Below are positions 1 through 9,937 of a stretch of DNA of 64,000 bases, piece by piece (position 1 is the first letter of the stretch; the number at the start of each line of letters is the position of its first letter). This DNA comes from Anaerolineales bacterium (lineage in GTDB: Bacteria; Chloroflexota; Anaerolineae; Anaerolineales; UBA11858). The DNA is taken from positions 6,002 through 70,001 of the forward strand of contig JANTFT010000002.1 in the NCBI GenBank assembly GCA_024763275.1, read 5' to 3'. The notes below the pieces were generated by a model. That model saw nothing but the letters and a program-made list of their open reading frames with translations. It was not told the origin of the DNA and did not search any database. A program made the position numbers and the translations under genes.

Positions 1-1001
1 AGCACCACCTCATTTATATCTGAAGGTTTCAGGCCGGCATCGTCTAGAGCCTGCTGAACCGGCTTCATGGATTTTTCAATCAAGTCGCCGGTAAGCTGCT
101 CGAGTTTGGAGCGGGTGAATTTCTTAACCAAGTGTTTCGGACCTGACGCATCAGCGGTGATGTAAGGCAGGTTGATCTCGGTCTGCTGCATGGTCGAAAG
201 TTCGATCTTGGCCTTTTCGGCTGCTTCCCGCAAGCGCTGCAGGGCCTGGCGCTGCTCGCGCAGGTCAATGCCCTCTTCCTTCTTGAACTCATCGGCCAGG
301 TAATCAATAATACGCTGGTCGAAATCGTCTCCGCCCAGGAAGGTATCGCCGCTGGTGGAACGCACCTGGAAAACACCCTCGCCTACATCCAGGATGGAGA
401 TATCGAAAGTACCACCACCCAGGTCATAGACAGCGATGACCTCGTTTTGCTTCTTGTCCAACCCATAAGCCAGTGACGAGGCTGTCGGCTCATTGATTAT
501 CCTGAGCACTTCCAGCCCGGCAATTTTGCCGGCGTCTTTAGTGGCATTCCGCTGGCTGTCATTGAAGTAAGCCGGCACAGTGATCACTGCCTGAGTTATG
601 GGCTCTCCCAGGTAATCCTCCGCATCCGCTTTGATCTTGGCCAGGATCATGGCTGATATTTCAGGTGGAGAGTATTCCTTTCCATCCATCACCACCCGGA
701 TATCGCCATTAGGTGCTTTTCGGGTCTCATAAGAGACCATTTTCCTGGCTCGCTCAACGCCGGGAGAATCGAACTTACCACCCATAAATCTCTTGATGGA
801 TGTGATGGTGTTTTCTGGATTCACAACCGCCTGATTCCTGGCTGGCCGACCCACCAGCCGCTCATGATTTTTATTCATGGCCACGACAGAAGGCACCAGG
901 CGATCACCTTCCGCGGACGGGATGATAGTAGGCTCGCCTCCTTCCATGACAGCCGCAGCCGAATTTGTCGTTCCTAAGTCAATTCCTATGATCTTTCCCA
1001 T
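1..1001 (-). CDS. dnaK: Chaperone DnaK (Hsp70), N-terminal ~333 aa; 3' end lies beyond the left window edge
   Basis: Own translation of the minus strand from ATG at 999-1001 gives [14 protein letters not shown]...[14 protein letters not shown]...[17 protein letters not shown]. It is absent from the ORF track because it runs off the edge. It sits downstream of grpE. Confidence 0.95.
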   Translation of the reverse strand, partial: MGKIIGIDLGTTNSAAAVMEGGEPTIIPSAEGDRLVPSVVAMNKNHERLVGRPARNQAVVNPENTITSIKRFMGGKFDSPGVERARKMVSYETRKAPNGDIRVVMDGKEYSPPEISAMILAKIKADAEDYLGEPITQAVITVPAYFNDSQRNATKDAGKIAGLEVLRIINEPTASSLAYGLDKKQNEVIAVYDLGGGTFDISILDVGEGVFQVRSTSGDTFLGGDDFDQRIIDYLADEFKKEEGIDLREQRQALQRLREAAEKAKIELSTMQQTEINLPYITADASGPKHLVKKFTRSKLEQLTGDLIEKSMKPVQQALDDAGLKPSDINEVV

Positions 1002-1052
1002 TATTTTCCTCCGATCTAATCCAAATACATTATTTACTGTAAATTTCTAGCT

Positions 1053-1703
1053 TTAAGCGGCAACCCGAACCAGGGCCGGCCGCAGTACTTTGTCCCCGAG
1101 CCAATAACCTTCCTGCATTACCTCAATGATCCTTCCGCTTTCATAATCCTCGCTTTCCTCTTTCATCAAAGCCTCATGCAGGTTGGGGTCAAACTCCTCT
1201 CCCAGTGGGTTCATGGGGCGAATGCCTTCTGCCTCCAACCGCCTCTTTAATTTCTGGTAGATAAGATCAATCCCTTCTACCCAGGCCTCCCCATCATTCT
1301 CTTGAGGGATTTCCCGGAGGGCCCTTTCCAGATCATCGAGCACATCTAGATAGATCTTGATGACCTCACCCCTGGCGACCTGCCGGATTTCAGCATTTTC
1401 CTTCAGAATCCTCTTCTTATAATTAGCGAATTCCGCCCGGGACCGCTGCCAGCCATCCAGGTACTCTTCGGCTTTGGCAGTCGTTTCATTCAGCGCTGAC
1501 TGCAGTGCCTCGACCTGGTCCTCCAGGGTGAGCTCTTCTCCCTCTCCTCCCTCAGGAAGGGCTTCTCTGATTTCCAGGTTCTCCTGTTCAGTCAACCCGG
1601 CCTCCAGTGGCTTATCCTGGTTTGCCAGCTCTTCCTGCTCGGTCTTTTCCAGATTTTCCATTTTTTCTTTTTTACTTTTCATAAATTCTCCCTGCTCACT
1701 CAT
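1053..1703 (-). CDS. grpE: Nucleotide exchange factor GrpE with an acidic N-terminal extension
   Basis: The track ORF 1053..1715 starts at TTG. I prefer ATG at 1701-1703, which follows a GAGG. The C-terminal part (RSRAEFANYKKR...) is typical GrpE. The gene lies between hrcA and dnaK. Confidence 0.9.
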   Translation of the reverse strand: MSEQGEFMKSKKEKMENLEKTEQEELANQDKPLEAGLTEQENLEIREALPEGGEGEELTLEDQVEALQSALNETTAKAEEYLDGWQRSRAEFANYKKRILKENAEIRQVARGEVIKIYLDVLDDLERALREIPQENDGEAWVEGIDLIYQKLKRRLEAEGIRPMNPLGEEFDPNLHEALMKEESEDYESGRIIEVMQEGYWLGDKVLRPALVRVAA

Positions 1704-1711
1704 TCCCAGCC

Positions 1712-2749
1712 TCAACTGCTCATCGATTCCGAAATCAATTCGCTGATCAATTCAGATACAAATCTAACGGTTGAGACTCCCCGGCTGTAAGGCATCCGCA
1801 GTGGTCCCAGGATGCCCACCGCCCCCAGAGCTTGATCCCTGGCGCCATAGCTGGCCAGGATCAGCGATGTCTCTTCCAGCTGCTTCCAGATATCCTCCCC
1901 TCCGATGATCACATGCACACCCGACACCTCACTCTCGAATATCGTCTTTGAGAGCAGGTCATCTACCAGAGCCCGGTCCTCGAAGATTTCCAGAGTTTGT
2001 TTGGCCTTCTGTGGCTCCGAGAACTCCGGCTCGGAAAGCATATTGGTCAATCCATCCCGGTACAACTCGCCGGCGACAACCACCTCAGAACTGCGAATGG
2101 TCTGCTGCACAACCCTGAAGATTGTCTCCAGAGTGGGATATCTGGGTTCCAGCTCAATCTCGGCCAAATCCCGGGCATCCAAACCAGCCGCCAGCTGATT
2201 GATCCGGTCGGCAAACCCATTCAGCTGATCCTGGGTCAAGGTTTCTTCCAGCACCAGAGTTTGTTGGTGAACCTCACCGCTGTTCAGAACTATCACTACC
2301 AGGACCTGGCGGCCCCGGGTGGCCAGCAATGCCAGATGCTTGAAACGAGCTTTTTCGGTATGAAGCGAGGTGACAATGGCAGCTCCACCGCAGTGCTGTG
2401 CCAGCACCGAGGCAGACAGCGTCAGCCAGTCATCCACATCATGCCGGGCCTGGTAAAACTGATGCCGGATCATTTCCTGGACATGCGCTGGCAGTCTGTT
2501 CTCACCCATCAGCTCGCGGACATAATACCGGTATCCGTCCTTGGTCGGTACCCTACCAGCCGAAGTATAGGGTTGGTACAGGAAGCCTTTGCTTTCCAGG
2601 ATCGCCATCTCGTTCCTGGCGGTGGCCGGGCTGAAATCAAGCTGGTAGTTCTTCACCAGGCGCCCGGAGCTGATCGGCTCAGCCGTGTCCACATAATCCC
2701 GGACCAAAAGGGCCATAATCAGTTTTTGTCTTTCAGTTAAACCAGCCAT
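1712..2749 (-). CDS. hrcA: Heat-inducible transcription repressor HrcA
   Basis: 345 aa with a winged-helix N-terminus (LTERQKLIMALLVRDY...). It is in an operon with grpE-dnaK and has CIRCE elements upstream. Confidence 0.9.
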   Translation of the reverse strand: MAGLTERQKLIMALLVRDYVDTAEPISSGRLVKNYQLDFSPATARNEMAILESKGFLYQPYTSAGRVPTKDGYRYYVRELMGENRLPAHVQEMIRHQFYQARHDVDDWLTLSASVLAQHCGGAAIVTSLHTEKARFKHLALLATRGRQVLVVIVLNSGEVHQQTLVLEETLTQDQLNGFADRINQLAAGLDARDLAEIELEPRYPTLETIFRVVQQTIRSSEVVVAGELYRDGLTNMLSEPEFSEPQKAKQTLEIFEDRALVDDLLSKTIFESEVSGVHVIIGGEDIWKQLEETSLILASYGARDQALGAVGILGPLRMPYSRGVSTVRFVSELISELISESMSS

Positions 2750-2758
2750 ATTTACCGT

Positions 2759-2785
2759 TTAGCAGTCTCGTGTCGAGAGTGCTAA
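2759..2785 (-). promoter_or_regulatory. CIRCE operator 1 (TTAGCAGTC-N9-GAGTGCTAA) in the hrcA 5' UTR
   Basis: Read directly from the sequence. It has 1 mismatch to the canonical TTAGCACTC-N9-GAGTGCTAA and lies 10 nt upstream of the hrcA start. Confidence 0.85.
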
Positions 2786-2796
2786 GACCGGCTTAT

Positions 2797-2825
2797 AGTC
2801 TATCACGGTGGTGTTTAGCAGTCAA
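2797..2825 (-). promoter_or_regulatory. Putative hrcA promoter, TTGACT-17-TAGACT on the minus strand
   Basis: The -35 hexamer (plus-strand agtcaa, 2820-2825) overlaps CIRCE-2. The -10 is at 2797-2802 and the spacer is 17 nt. Confidence 0.5.
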
Positions 2826-2841
2826 GAAAAGGGGGTGCTAA
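2815..2841 (-). promoter_or_regulatory. CIRCE operator 2 (TTAGCAGTC-N9-GGGTGCTAA) overlapping the hrcA -35
   Basis: A second CIRCE-like inverted repeat lies 56 nt from the first. It has 2 mismatches to the consensus. Confidence 0.7.
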
Positions 2842-3018
2842 GAGGATGTTTCTTATAAGATGTTAATACAGGAGAGCCTTCAGGGCTTAATTTTTTCCTT
2901 CCAGCCCGTTATTAGCTCTGCTTTCCCCTTTTATTGTGAGTCCAAATTGAGGGGGCAAAAAGGGGGCCGGTAGGCGAAGTGGGCACCGGGGGAGGAAAGG
3001 TATCAAGCACCAGCGGAA

Positions 3019-3759
3019 TCAACCGCTCTGATCATTCCTCTCCAAAGAATCCAGGAATTCCCGGTCTTCCTGAGTGAGGTCGAGGTCCTCCAGCAGGTCT
3101 GGCCTTCTTTCCCGGGTGCGTTTCAGAGCCTGGTTCCTGCGCCAGCGCTCTATCCGGGCGTGATGTCCGGAGCGCAGGATTTCAGGCACCTGCCAGCCCC
3201 GGAAACTCTCCGGACGGGTATAGTGAGGATATTCCAGCAAGCCGCTGGCATGGGAATCATTGGCGGCAGCCTGGGGATCTCCCAGCACACCCGGGATCAA
3301 CCGGGTGAGGACGTCGATCAGCACCAGAGCGGGAAGCTCCCCTCCGGTCAACACATAGTCGCCAATGGATAATTCCTCGCTTACAAGATGTTCCCGCACC
3401 CGTTCGTCCACACCCTCATAATGGCCGGCGATCAGTGCCAGATGGGGATGTTCCGCGAGAGCGGCTGCCCTGGTCTGATTCAGGGGTTCTCCCTGGGGTG
3501 TCAGCAGAATCACCGGGCAGACAGGAGGCCGGCCCAGCACATCCTCCACAGCGGCAAAAATGGGCTCAGGCTTCATTACCATGCCCCCGCCGCCGCCATA
3601 GGGAGGTTCATCTGTCACCTGGTGTTTGTCGGTGGCCCACTCGCGGATGTTGTGCACGTTCACCTGCAGATGCCCCATCTCCCTGGCCCGGTGGAGGATG
3701 CTGGCATCCAGGTAGGACGGAAAGACCTCGGGAAAGAGCGTGAAGATATCGAATCGCAT
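3019..3759 (-). CDS. trmD: tRNA (guanine37-N1)-methyltransferase TrmD
   Basis: 246 aa: [13 protein letters not shown]...[15 protein letters not shown]...YEG(V)DERV, which is the typical TrmD SPOUT fold signature. Confidence 0.9.
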   Translation of the reverse strand: MRFDIFTLFPEVFPSYLDASILHRAREMGHLQVNVHNIREWATDKHQVTDEPPYGGGGGMVMKPEPIFAAVEDVLGRPPVCPVILLTPQGEPLNQTRAAALAEHPHLALIAGHYEGVDERVREHLVSEELSIGDYVLTGGELPALVLIDVLTRLIPGVLGDPQAAANDSHASGLLEYPHYTRPESFRGWQVPEILRSGHHARIERWRRNQALKRTRERRPDLLEDLDLTQEDREFLDSLERNDQSG

Positions 3760-3878
3760 GGTCCCATTCTAGCTGAGAGAGGGTAGATCCGCAAGTATCA
3801 CCCCCGGGAGGGAGAGCCAACCCGGAGATCCAGTAGGCATCCTTGACGCACTTTTTAAAGCGGTGGTAAGATGGGCGC

Positions 3879-5102
3879 ATGTATCTTAGCGGCAGTAAAT
3901 GGAAAATGACCAAAAAACCCCGCAGGAGAGCTAACCCCTGGCGAATCATCCTGCTGCTGGTATTGATCGGCGGGATCATCTATTTCAATCAGCGGGTCGT
4001 TCCTGAGATCGAACCCCCTTTTATTCCCACAGTCACCCCGACAGAGAATCCGGAAATCTTTGTCAACCAGGCAGAGGCGCTTTTTAATGAAGGAAAGCTG
4101 AGCCAGGCAATTCAAGCTTACAAGGATGCTATCCTGGCAAACCCGGAAAACTCCTCACTCTACGTGTCCCTGGCCAGGGTGCAGATTCTGGCTGGCGATC
4201 CCGAATCCGCCCTGGAGAACGCTGAACTGGCCCTGCTGCGCAACCCGGACAATCCCCTGGCCCACGTTATGAAAGCCTGGGCTCTTGATTTCCAGGGTGA
4301 CATCATTAACGCGGAAGTTTCCATAGAGCGCGCACTGGAACTGGCGGAGAAGAATCCTCTCGCCCATGCTGTCTATGCGGAAATTTTGATCGACAGCCAG
4401 GAGTACGAAGCGGCCAGTGCTGAATCCCTGCGCGCGCTGGAGCTGGGACCGAATCTTCTGGAAACTCACCGGGCCCGGGGTTACGTCCTGTACTGGACCG
4501 GTAATTTCAGCGAGGCCATCCGGGAATACCAGAGCGCTCTGAACATCAACAACGCCATTCCTAACCTGCACTTGATGCTGGGCTACAGCTACTTTGCCAA
4601 TCAGGAAAACGACAAAGCTGTAACTTCCTTCAGCCAGGCCAACGCCCTCAACCCCTCAGACCCGATCCCTGATTACGAGATCTCCCGTATCTATTTACTG
4701 GAGGGCGTTTACAACAAAGCCATCCAGTATGGGGAGCTGGCTGTCAAAGACGCCCCGGAAGATCCCCTGATGGAAGGTAACCTGGGCGTGCTGCACTTTC
4801 GAAACCGTGATTACGAGCAAGCTTTGAAGTACCTCAGCCTGGCAGTTCGCGGAGGTACAACTGAAGAGGGAGTCATTGTGGAGGGCCTGCCGCTTTCCTA
4901 CAAACCTAAAGTCATCGAGATCTTTTCGGCCTACGGACTGACCCTGGCCCGGCTGAACCGCTGTGACCAAGCTCTGCCGGTTTTCCAGACCATGCTCAGC
5001 CAGGTCGCGGATGATGAGGTAGCCGTCATTAACGCCAATGAGGGCCTTTCCATCTGCGCTGCTAGCCTCAATCCCCCACTGGAACCCACTCCCACGCCTT
5101 GA
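3879..5102 (+). CDS. Membrane-anchored TPR repeat protein
   Basis: It has an N-terminal basic segment plus a TM helix (WRIILLLVLIGGIIYF), followed by repeated TPR-like A..Y..AL..NP units. The start is ambiguous (3879 or 3906). Confidence 0.7.
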   Translation: MYLSGSKWKMTKKPRRRANPWRIILLLVLIGGIIYFNQRVVPEIEPPFIPTVTPTENPEIFVNQAEALFNEGKLSQAIQAYKDAILANPENSSLYVSLARVQILAGDPESALENAELALLRNPDNPLAHVMKAWALDFQGDIINAEVSIERALELAEKNPLAHAVYAEILIDSQEYEAASAESLRALELGPNLLETHRARGYVLYWTGNFSEAIREYQSALNINNAIPNLHLMLGYSYFANQENDKAVTSFSQANALNPSDPIPDYEISRIYLLEGVYNKAIQYGELAVKDAPEDPLMEGNLGVLHFRNRDYEQALKYLSLAVRGGTTEEGVIVEGLPLSYKPKVIEIFSAYGLTLARLNRCDQALPVFQTMLSQVADDEVAVINANEGLSICAASLNPPLEPTPTP

Positions 5103-5166
5103 CCTCCGGGCGGGCGGCAGCTCCAGCCCCGGAATCTATCCCGGCATATCCAGGCCCGGGCACTCT

Positions 5167-6507
5167 ATGGACAGAAAATTAACTGGCAAAAGACCCACAT
5201 TCAGCAGCAAACAACCCGCTTTTAACTTCACGCGGGTGTTGATCCTGGTCGCTCTTATTGGAGTGGGTCTGTGGTTTGCCTCTCAGGTGAACGATCCGGA
5301 AGGGAAATTTGAGCCTCTGTTCCTGCCGACCCCTACCGCCACCAGGACCGTGGATTCCCTGGTGCTGGAAGGAGAGGCCTATTTCGAAGCCGGGAAGATC
5401 TATGACCCGGAAGGCAAGGATGCTATCGATGCTTATTATGAAGTGCTGGACCGCTATCCTGACAACGCCCAGGTGCGGGCTGAACTTGCCCGCCTGCTGA
5501 CCTATTCCTCCGCTCTGCTGTCCACCACCGAAGAGCGCACCGAGCGCCTGCGCCAGGCCCGGCAGGAAATCCAGCAGGCCGCTGAGCTGGCGCCAGACGA
5601 CAGCACCGTGCAGGCCATCCGTGCTCTGGTGCTGGATTGGAGTTCCACCTCATCCGCTGCCAGCGATGAAGAAAAACAGGCCTGGCTGAACGAGGCCGAA
5701 CAGGCGGCCAACCTGGCCATCACCCTTGATCCGAACAACAGCCTGGCTCTGGCATTTTATGCGGAAGTGCTGCTGGATCAGAATCAGAAAGCCCAGGCGG
5801 AAGAACATGCCCGTCTGGCGGTCAAACAGGGGCCAGAGCTGATGGACACCCACCGGGTGTATGGCACTGTACTGGAATCCCTGGGGGAATACCGCTATGC
5901 CATTGAAGAGTTTGAAAAGGCAGCGGAGATCAACCCCAACCTCACCTTCCTCTACATTCGCATCGGGGTGATCTACCGGGCCCTTAAGGTCTATGATACC
6001 GCCCTGGATTATTTCGCTAAAGCGATCGCTATCAACAAGTCCAACGGCGTGGAGGATCCCCTGCCCTATATAGCCATCGCCAAGACCTATTCCAGGGATG
6101 GGGAGTTCTTTATCGCTGCCGTAAACGGCGAGAAAGCCATCGCCATCAATCCTACCAACGCGGACACTTACGGGCAGCTGGGGGACATCTATGTCCGGGC
6201 CCGCAATTACGAGGGCGCCCTGCCGGTTTTAAAATGCGCCGTGGTGGGCTGCACTGCGGAGGAGAACGAAGTGGGCGGTGTTGCTGTCCAGGGTCTGGAT
6301 CTGGTGAATTTTGATGTGGCCTATTATTATGCCCGTTATGCTTCTGTGCTGGCCGCTCTCAGCCGTCCGGAGCAGAACTACTGTCCGGAAGCCCTGAAAA
6401 TTCAGGAGGATCTCAAGGCTGCCTTTGGGAGCGATCCCACATTGATGAGCATCGTGGAAGAAAACGAGGCCATCTGCTATCTGCTGGAAGCCACACCCTC
6501 TCCCTGA
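5167..6507 (+). CDS. Membrane-anchored TPR repeat protein, paralogous in architecture to the preceding gene
   Basis: The track ORF 5038..6507 overlaps the previous gene. The ATG at 5167 (MDRKLTGKRP...) precedes a TM helix and TPR repeats. The start is uncertain. Confidence 0.65.
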   Translation: MDRKLTGKRPTFSSKQPAFNFTRVLILVALIGVGLWFASQVNDPEGKFEPLFLPTPTATRTVDSLVLEGEAYFEAGKIYDPEGKDAIDAYYEVLDRYPDNAQVRAELARLLTYSSALLSTTEERTERLRQARQEIQQAAELAPDDSTVQAIRALVLDWSSTSSAASDEEKQAWLNEAEQAANLAITLDPNNSLALAFYAEVLLDQNQKAQAEEHARLAVKQGPELMDTHRVYGTVLESLGEYRYAIEEFEKAAEINPNLTFLYIRIGVIYRALKVYDTALDYFAKAIAINKSNGVEDPLPYIAIAKTYSRDGEFFIAAVNGEKAIAINPTNADTYGQLGDIYVRARNYEGALPVLKCAVVGCTAEENEVGGVAVQGLDLVNFDVAYYYARYASVLAALSRPEQNYCPEALKIQEDLKAAFGSDPTLMSIVEENEAICYLLEATPSP

Positions 6508-6575
6508 AAAATCCGGCACTTTTTCCCTTCAGTGTCAGAAAAATATAAGAATTACGTAAAAGCGGTTGTGAAAAC

Positions 6576-6604
6576 TTGACTTTCAAATCGAAGAAAGTTA
6601 TCAT
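6576..6604 (+). promoter_or_regulatory. groEL promoter, TTGACT-17-TATCAT
   Basis: The -35 is at 6576-6581 and the -10 at 6599-6604, with a 17-nt spacer. The CIRCE element follows 13 nt downstream. Confidence 0.6.
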
Positions 6605-6616
6605 ATTGACCGCACC

Positions 6617-6643
6617 TTAGCAGTCCAAACACCTGACTGCTAA
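6617..6643 (+). promoter_or_regulatory. CIRCE operator (TTAGCAGTC-N9-GACTGCTAA) upstream of groEL
   Basis: A perfect 9-bp inverted repeat with a 9-nt spacer, located between the promoter and the groEL SD. Confidence 0.9.
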
Positions 6644-6734
6644 GACAGCGTTTCAGAAAATAATGAAACGCTGAAAGCAATTTTTCAAATACAAAGTCGC
6701 TGAATACTTTATGATAAGTAAGGAGTAGAAATCT

Positions 6735-8393
6735 ATGTCAGGAAAGCAGATCGTTTTCTCAGAAGAAGCCCGCCGCAAACTTCAGGCCGGGATGGATAAA
6801 TTGGCGAAAGCCGTTATCACCACCCTGGGTCCCAAAGGACGCAACGTTGCCCTGGACCGCAGTTTTGGCAGCCCCACCATCACTCACGATGGCGTGACTG
6901 TTGCCAAGGAAATTGAGCTGACAGACAAGCTTGAAAATATGGGCGCTCAGCTTCTAAAAGAAGCAGCCACCAAAACCAACGATATAGCTGGTGACGGTAC
7001 CACAACTTCAACCTTGCTGGCACACTCCATCGTCAGTGAAGGTATGAAGAACCTGGCTGCCGGCGCCAACCCGATGCTGCTGAAACAGGGCATTGAAGTT
7101 GCTGCCAAGACAGTCTCCGAAGAACTGGGTAAGAAAGCCATTGACGTAACCACCAAGGAAGAAATAGCCAACGTGGCCAGCATCTCCGCTCAGGACCGCT
7201 CCATCGGTGAATTGATCGCTGATGTGATGGACAAGGTCGGCAAGGATGGTGTGATCACAGTAGAGGAATCCAAGACTCTGGCATTTGAGACCGAGTACGT
7301 TGAGGGTATGCAGTTCGACCGCGGCTACCTGTCCCCTTACTTTGTCACCAATGCAGATGATATGGAAGCTGTCATTGAGGAGCCCAACATCCTGATCAAT
7401 GACTCCAAGATTTCCGCTGCCGCTGACCTGGTCCCCCTGCTGGAGCGCCTGGTCCAGATCGGCAAACGCGACCTGGTCATTATCGCTGAGGATGTCGACG
7501 GTGAAGCGCTGGCTACCCTGGTGCTGAACAAGCTGCGCGGCATGGTGAACGTACTGGCCGTCAAAGCCCCTGGTTTTGGTGACCGCCGCAAGGCAATGCT
7601 TCAGGACATCGCCATCCTGACCGGAGCGACCGTGATCTCGGAAGATCTGGGACGCAAACTGGAGAGCGCCACAGTTGAAGATCTGGGTAAAGCTGAAAAA
7701 GTGATTTCCACCAAGGATGACACCACCATCGTGGGCGGTGCTGGGGACAACGCTCAGATCAAGGCCCGCATCCAGCAGATCCACAACGAAATTGAGAACA
7801 GCACCAGTGATTACGATCGCGAAAAACTGCAGGAACGGCTGGCCAAACTTTCCGGTGGCGTGGCCATCATCCGGGTTGGCGCTGCTACTGAAACCGAGCT
7901 TAAGGAAAAGAAACACCGGGTAGAGGATGCTCTTTCCGCCACCCGTGCCGCCGTGGAAGCCGGTATCGTGCCGGGAGGTGGCGTAGCCCTCATCAATGCC
8001 ACCAAAGCCATTGACAAGCTCAAGATGGATTATGACGATGCCCAGGTAGGTGTCCAGATCGTCCGCCACTCACTGGAAGTTCCCCTGAAGAAAATTGCCG
8101 AGAACGCCGGAAAAGACGGCGCGGTCATTCTTGAAAATGTCCACCGGGCCCAGGAAGAGAAGAAAGACACCAACATTGGCTACGATGTGCTCAGCGAGCA
8201 GTACGTTGACATGGTAGAAGCTGGCGTGATCGACCCCGCCAAGGTTACCCGCGGGGCGCTTGAAAACGCCGCCTCTATCGCGGCCATGATCCTCACCACT
8301 GAGGCCTTGATTGCCGACGAGCCTAAGGATGAACCCGCTATGCCCCCGGGAGGAATGGGCGGCATGGGCGGCGGCATGCCTGGCATGATGTAA
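6735..8393 (+). CDS. groEL: Chaperonin GroEL (60 kDa), with no adjacent groES
   Basis: 552 aa: [15 protein letters not shown]...AGDGTTT...C-terminal GGM repeats. The SD is AAGGAG, 8 nt upstream. Confidence 0.97.
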   Translation: MSGKQIVFSEEARRKLQAGMDKLAKAVITTLGPKGRNVALDRSFGSPTITHDGVTVAKEIELTDKLENMGAQLLKEAATKTNDIAGDGTTTSTLLAHSIVSEGMKNLAAGANPMLLKQGIEVAAKTVSEELGKKAIDVTTKEEIANVASISAQDRSIGELIADVMDKVGKDGVITVEESKTLAFETEYVEGMQFDRGYLSPYFVTNADDMEAVIEEPNILINDSKISAAADLVPLLERLVQIGKRDLVIIAEDVDGEALATLVLNKLRGMVNVLAVKAPGFGDRRKAMLQDIAILTGATVISEDLGRKLESATVEDLGKAEKVISTKDDTTIVGGAGDNAQIKARIQQIHNEIENSTSDYDREKLQERLAKLSGGVAIIRVGAATETELKEKKHRVEDALSATRAAVEAGIVPGGGVALINATKAIDKLKMDYDDAQVGVQIVRHSLEVPLKKIAENAGKDGAVILENVHRAQEEKKDTNIGYDVLSEQYVDMVEAGVIDPAKVTRGALENAASIAAMILTTEALIADEPKDEPAMPPGGMGGMGGGMPGMM

Positions 8394-8414
8394 TTCCAAC
8401 CCGATAGAAACATA

Positions 8415-8454
8415 AGCAGTGTGGAGCGAACCATCATCCACACTGCTTTTATTT
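8415..8454 (+). terminator. Intrinsic terminator after groEL
   Basis: Stem AGCAGTGTGGA / TCCACACTGCT followed by TTTTATTT. Confidence 0.7.
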
Positions 8455-8524
8455 AACGAATTCCGAATTTCCACCCGTGTCAGTCACAGAGTATAATCGT
8501 GCCAGACAGAAATTTGAGGAAAAC

Positions 8525-9718
8525 ATGAAAAGATTTACCCTGGCAGTCCTTGCCACATTTGTCCTGCTGGCCCTGGCCGGATGCAGTGCTTCCCTGAACC
8601 AGCCCCCGGCTCCCACTGCCATTCCCCTTGCAAACCCTCAAACGGGGGCAGCGGATCCCGGTGTTCCAGTGGTTCCCCCCGAGCATCCCCTCTACCTCCC
8701 TGCGGGGTTCGGGATTACCGTGTACGCTGAAGGGTTAACGGATCCACGAATGCTGGCATTTGGTCCTGACGCCCACCTGTATCTCTCTGAGCCCACATCA
8801 GGGCGGATTCTCAGGATCGTCGATGAGGACCAGGATGGGATTGCCGATGCAACTGAAGTCGCAGCGGAGGACCTGCTGGAGCCCTCCGGGGTCGCCTTCT
8901 ACCAGGACGGCTCCCTGTACGTTGCGGAAACCACCCGCATCCTGAGGCTGTCCGATCCGGACGGGGATGGGTACTTCCAGGAACGGAAAATCATCACCGC
9001 CGGCATCGCTGCTGGCGGCAACACCAACCGCTCGATCATTTTCAGCCCGGACTGGAAGCATCTTTATCTGGCCATTGGATCCTCCTGCAATGTCTGCCTG
9101 GAGGAAGACAAACGCCGGGCTACGGTGATGCGTTTTAACGCTGATGGGAGCGAGGGCCGGATCTTCACCAGGGGATTGCACTACGTGATCGGGATGGCTT
9201 TCCGACCGGATAAAGATTTACTCTGGGCCGTGAACATAGAGCGGGATGGATTAAAGGGCGATCTACCTCCTGATACTCTGTATGCGATCTACATTGACGC
9301 CAACGCAGGCTGGCCATACTGCCATGCTGGAAGAATAATCGACCCGGATTTCGGAAACAAGGATTCCTGCGGCGAAGACTTGCTAACCCCAGTCCTCGAA
9401 ATAGAATCCCAGAGCGCTCCCTACGGGATGACCTTTTATACAGGAGAGCAATTCCCGGCGGAATATGAGAGCGACCTCTTCATCGCCCTGCACGGCACCG
9501 GGACAGGCTCCTCCGCCCGGGGATACAAGGTCATTCGGCTCCCTCTAGGCGGCGGCGAGAGTGAACATCGGGCAGAGGATTTTGTCGTTGGCTGGCTTGA
9601 TGCTGACGCCAAACCCTGGGGGGCTCCTACTGATATCGTCCAGGGTCCAGATGGCAGCCTGTATCTATCAGATGACCTGGGCGGCATCATCTACCGGATA
9701 TTTTACAGCGGACAGTAA
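8525..9718 (+). CDS. Lipoprotein of the PQQ-dependent sugar (glucose/sorbosone) dehydrogenase-like beta-propeller family
   Basis: The ATG at 8525 gives MKRFTLAVL...LALAGCS (lipobox). Repeated DGxLY / SxxGRILR-type blades resemble the GSDH/SNDH family. The family call is from memory only. Confidence 0.6.
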   Translation: MKRFTLAVLATFVLLALAGCSASLNQPPAPTAIPLANPQTGAADPGVPVVPPEHPLYLPAGFGITVYAEGLTDPRMLAFGPDAHLYLSEPTSGRILRIVDEDQDGIADATEVAAEDLLEPSGVAFYQDGSLYVAETTRILRLSDPDGDGYFQERKIITAGIAAGGNTNRSIIFSPDWKHLYLAIGSSCNVCLEEDKRRATVMRFNADGSEGRIFTRGLHYVIGMAFRPDKDLLWAVNIERDGLKGDLPPDTLYAIYIDANAGWPYCHAGRIIDPDFGNKDSCGEDLLTPVLEIESQSAPYGMTFYTGEQFPAEYESDLFIALHGTGTGSSARGYKVIRLPLGGGESEHRAEDFVVGWLDADAKPWGAPTDIVQGPDGSLYLSDDLGGIIYRIFYSGQ

Positions 9719-9751
9719 ACCGGATCCACCCAGGCGGGGGACAGCTCCCTT

Positions 9752-9780
9752 TTGACAAAATCCCCCCTCCATGATATGAT
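9752..9780 (+). promoter_or_regulatory. Near-consensus sigma70-type promoter, TTGACA-17-TATGAT
   Basis: TTGACA is at 9752-9757 and TATGAT at 9775-9780, with an exact 17-nt spacer. It lies 222 nt upstream of the rnj ATG. Confidence 0.6.
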
Positions 9781-9786
9781 TAGCCC

Positions 9787-9937
9787 GGTTTCAGAATTGA
9801 AACCATACCGGCTGGTAAGAATTGCCAGCTTACGTGGATATGCACGACGAAGATCATTATTTTAAGTTTTATCGCAAGACTAAATTTTGAATAAGTTTTT
9901 CAAGGCACGCCCGGCCGGTTTTCCGTCCGGGTTTTTT
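9787..9937 (+). promoter_or_regulatory. Structured ~150-nt leader or small RNA ending in an intrinsic terminator, upstream of RNase J
   Basis: It contains hairpins GGTTTCA-gaat-TGAAACC and GCTGG-taagaattg-CCAGC, then the terminator at 9910-9937. I recognised no known riboswitch class. Confidence 0.4.
9910..9937 (+). terminator. Intrinsic terminator or attenuator inside the rnj leader
   Basis: CCCGGCCGG-TTTT-CCGTCCGGG (8 of 9 positions pair) followed by TTTTTT. Confidence 0.7.

Noticed and set aside
2860-2910. Weak hairpin plus T-run (AGCC-ttcag-GGCT TAATTTTTT) on the plus strand between trmD and hrcA.
   Set aside because: The stem is only 4 bp, and it is oriented opposite to both flanking minus-strand genes.
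5038-5166. N-terminal extensions proposed by the ORF track: TPR protein 2 from 5038. The same applies to 35715..35903, 24321..24425, 31409..31519 and 47134..47226.
   Set aside because: The extensions overlap the preceding gene or lack coding character. Internal ATGs with better context or typical protein N-termini were preferred.
7008-8069. Long antisense ORFs inside well-supported genes: 353 aa opposite groEL. Others of the same kind are 56723..58378 opposite sbcC, 59585..60670 opposite metK, 28008..28898 opposite the R3H ATPase, 51289..52110 opposite clpC, 12340..13131 opposite the M42 peptidase and 45487..46221 opposite the FHA gene.
   Set aside because: These are typical shadow ORFs of GC-rich or codon-biased genes. 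Their translations are low-complexity and rich in Gly, Arg, Pro and Leu, with no motifs. The sense-strand genes are unambiguous.
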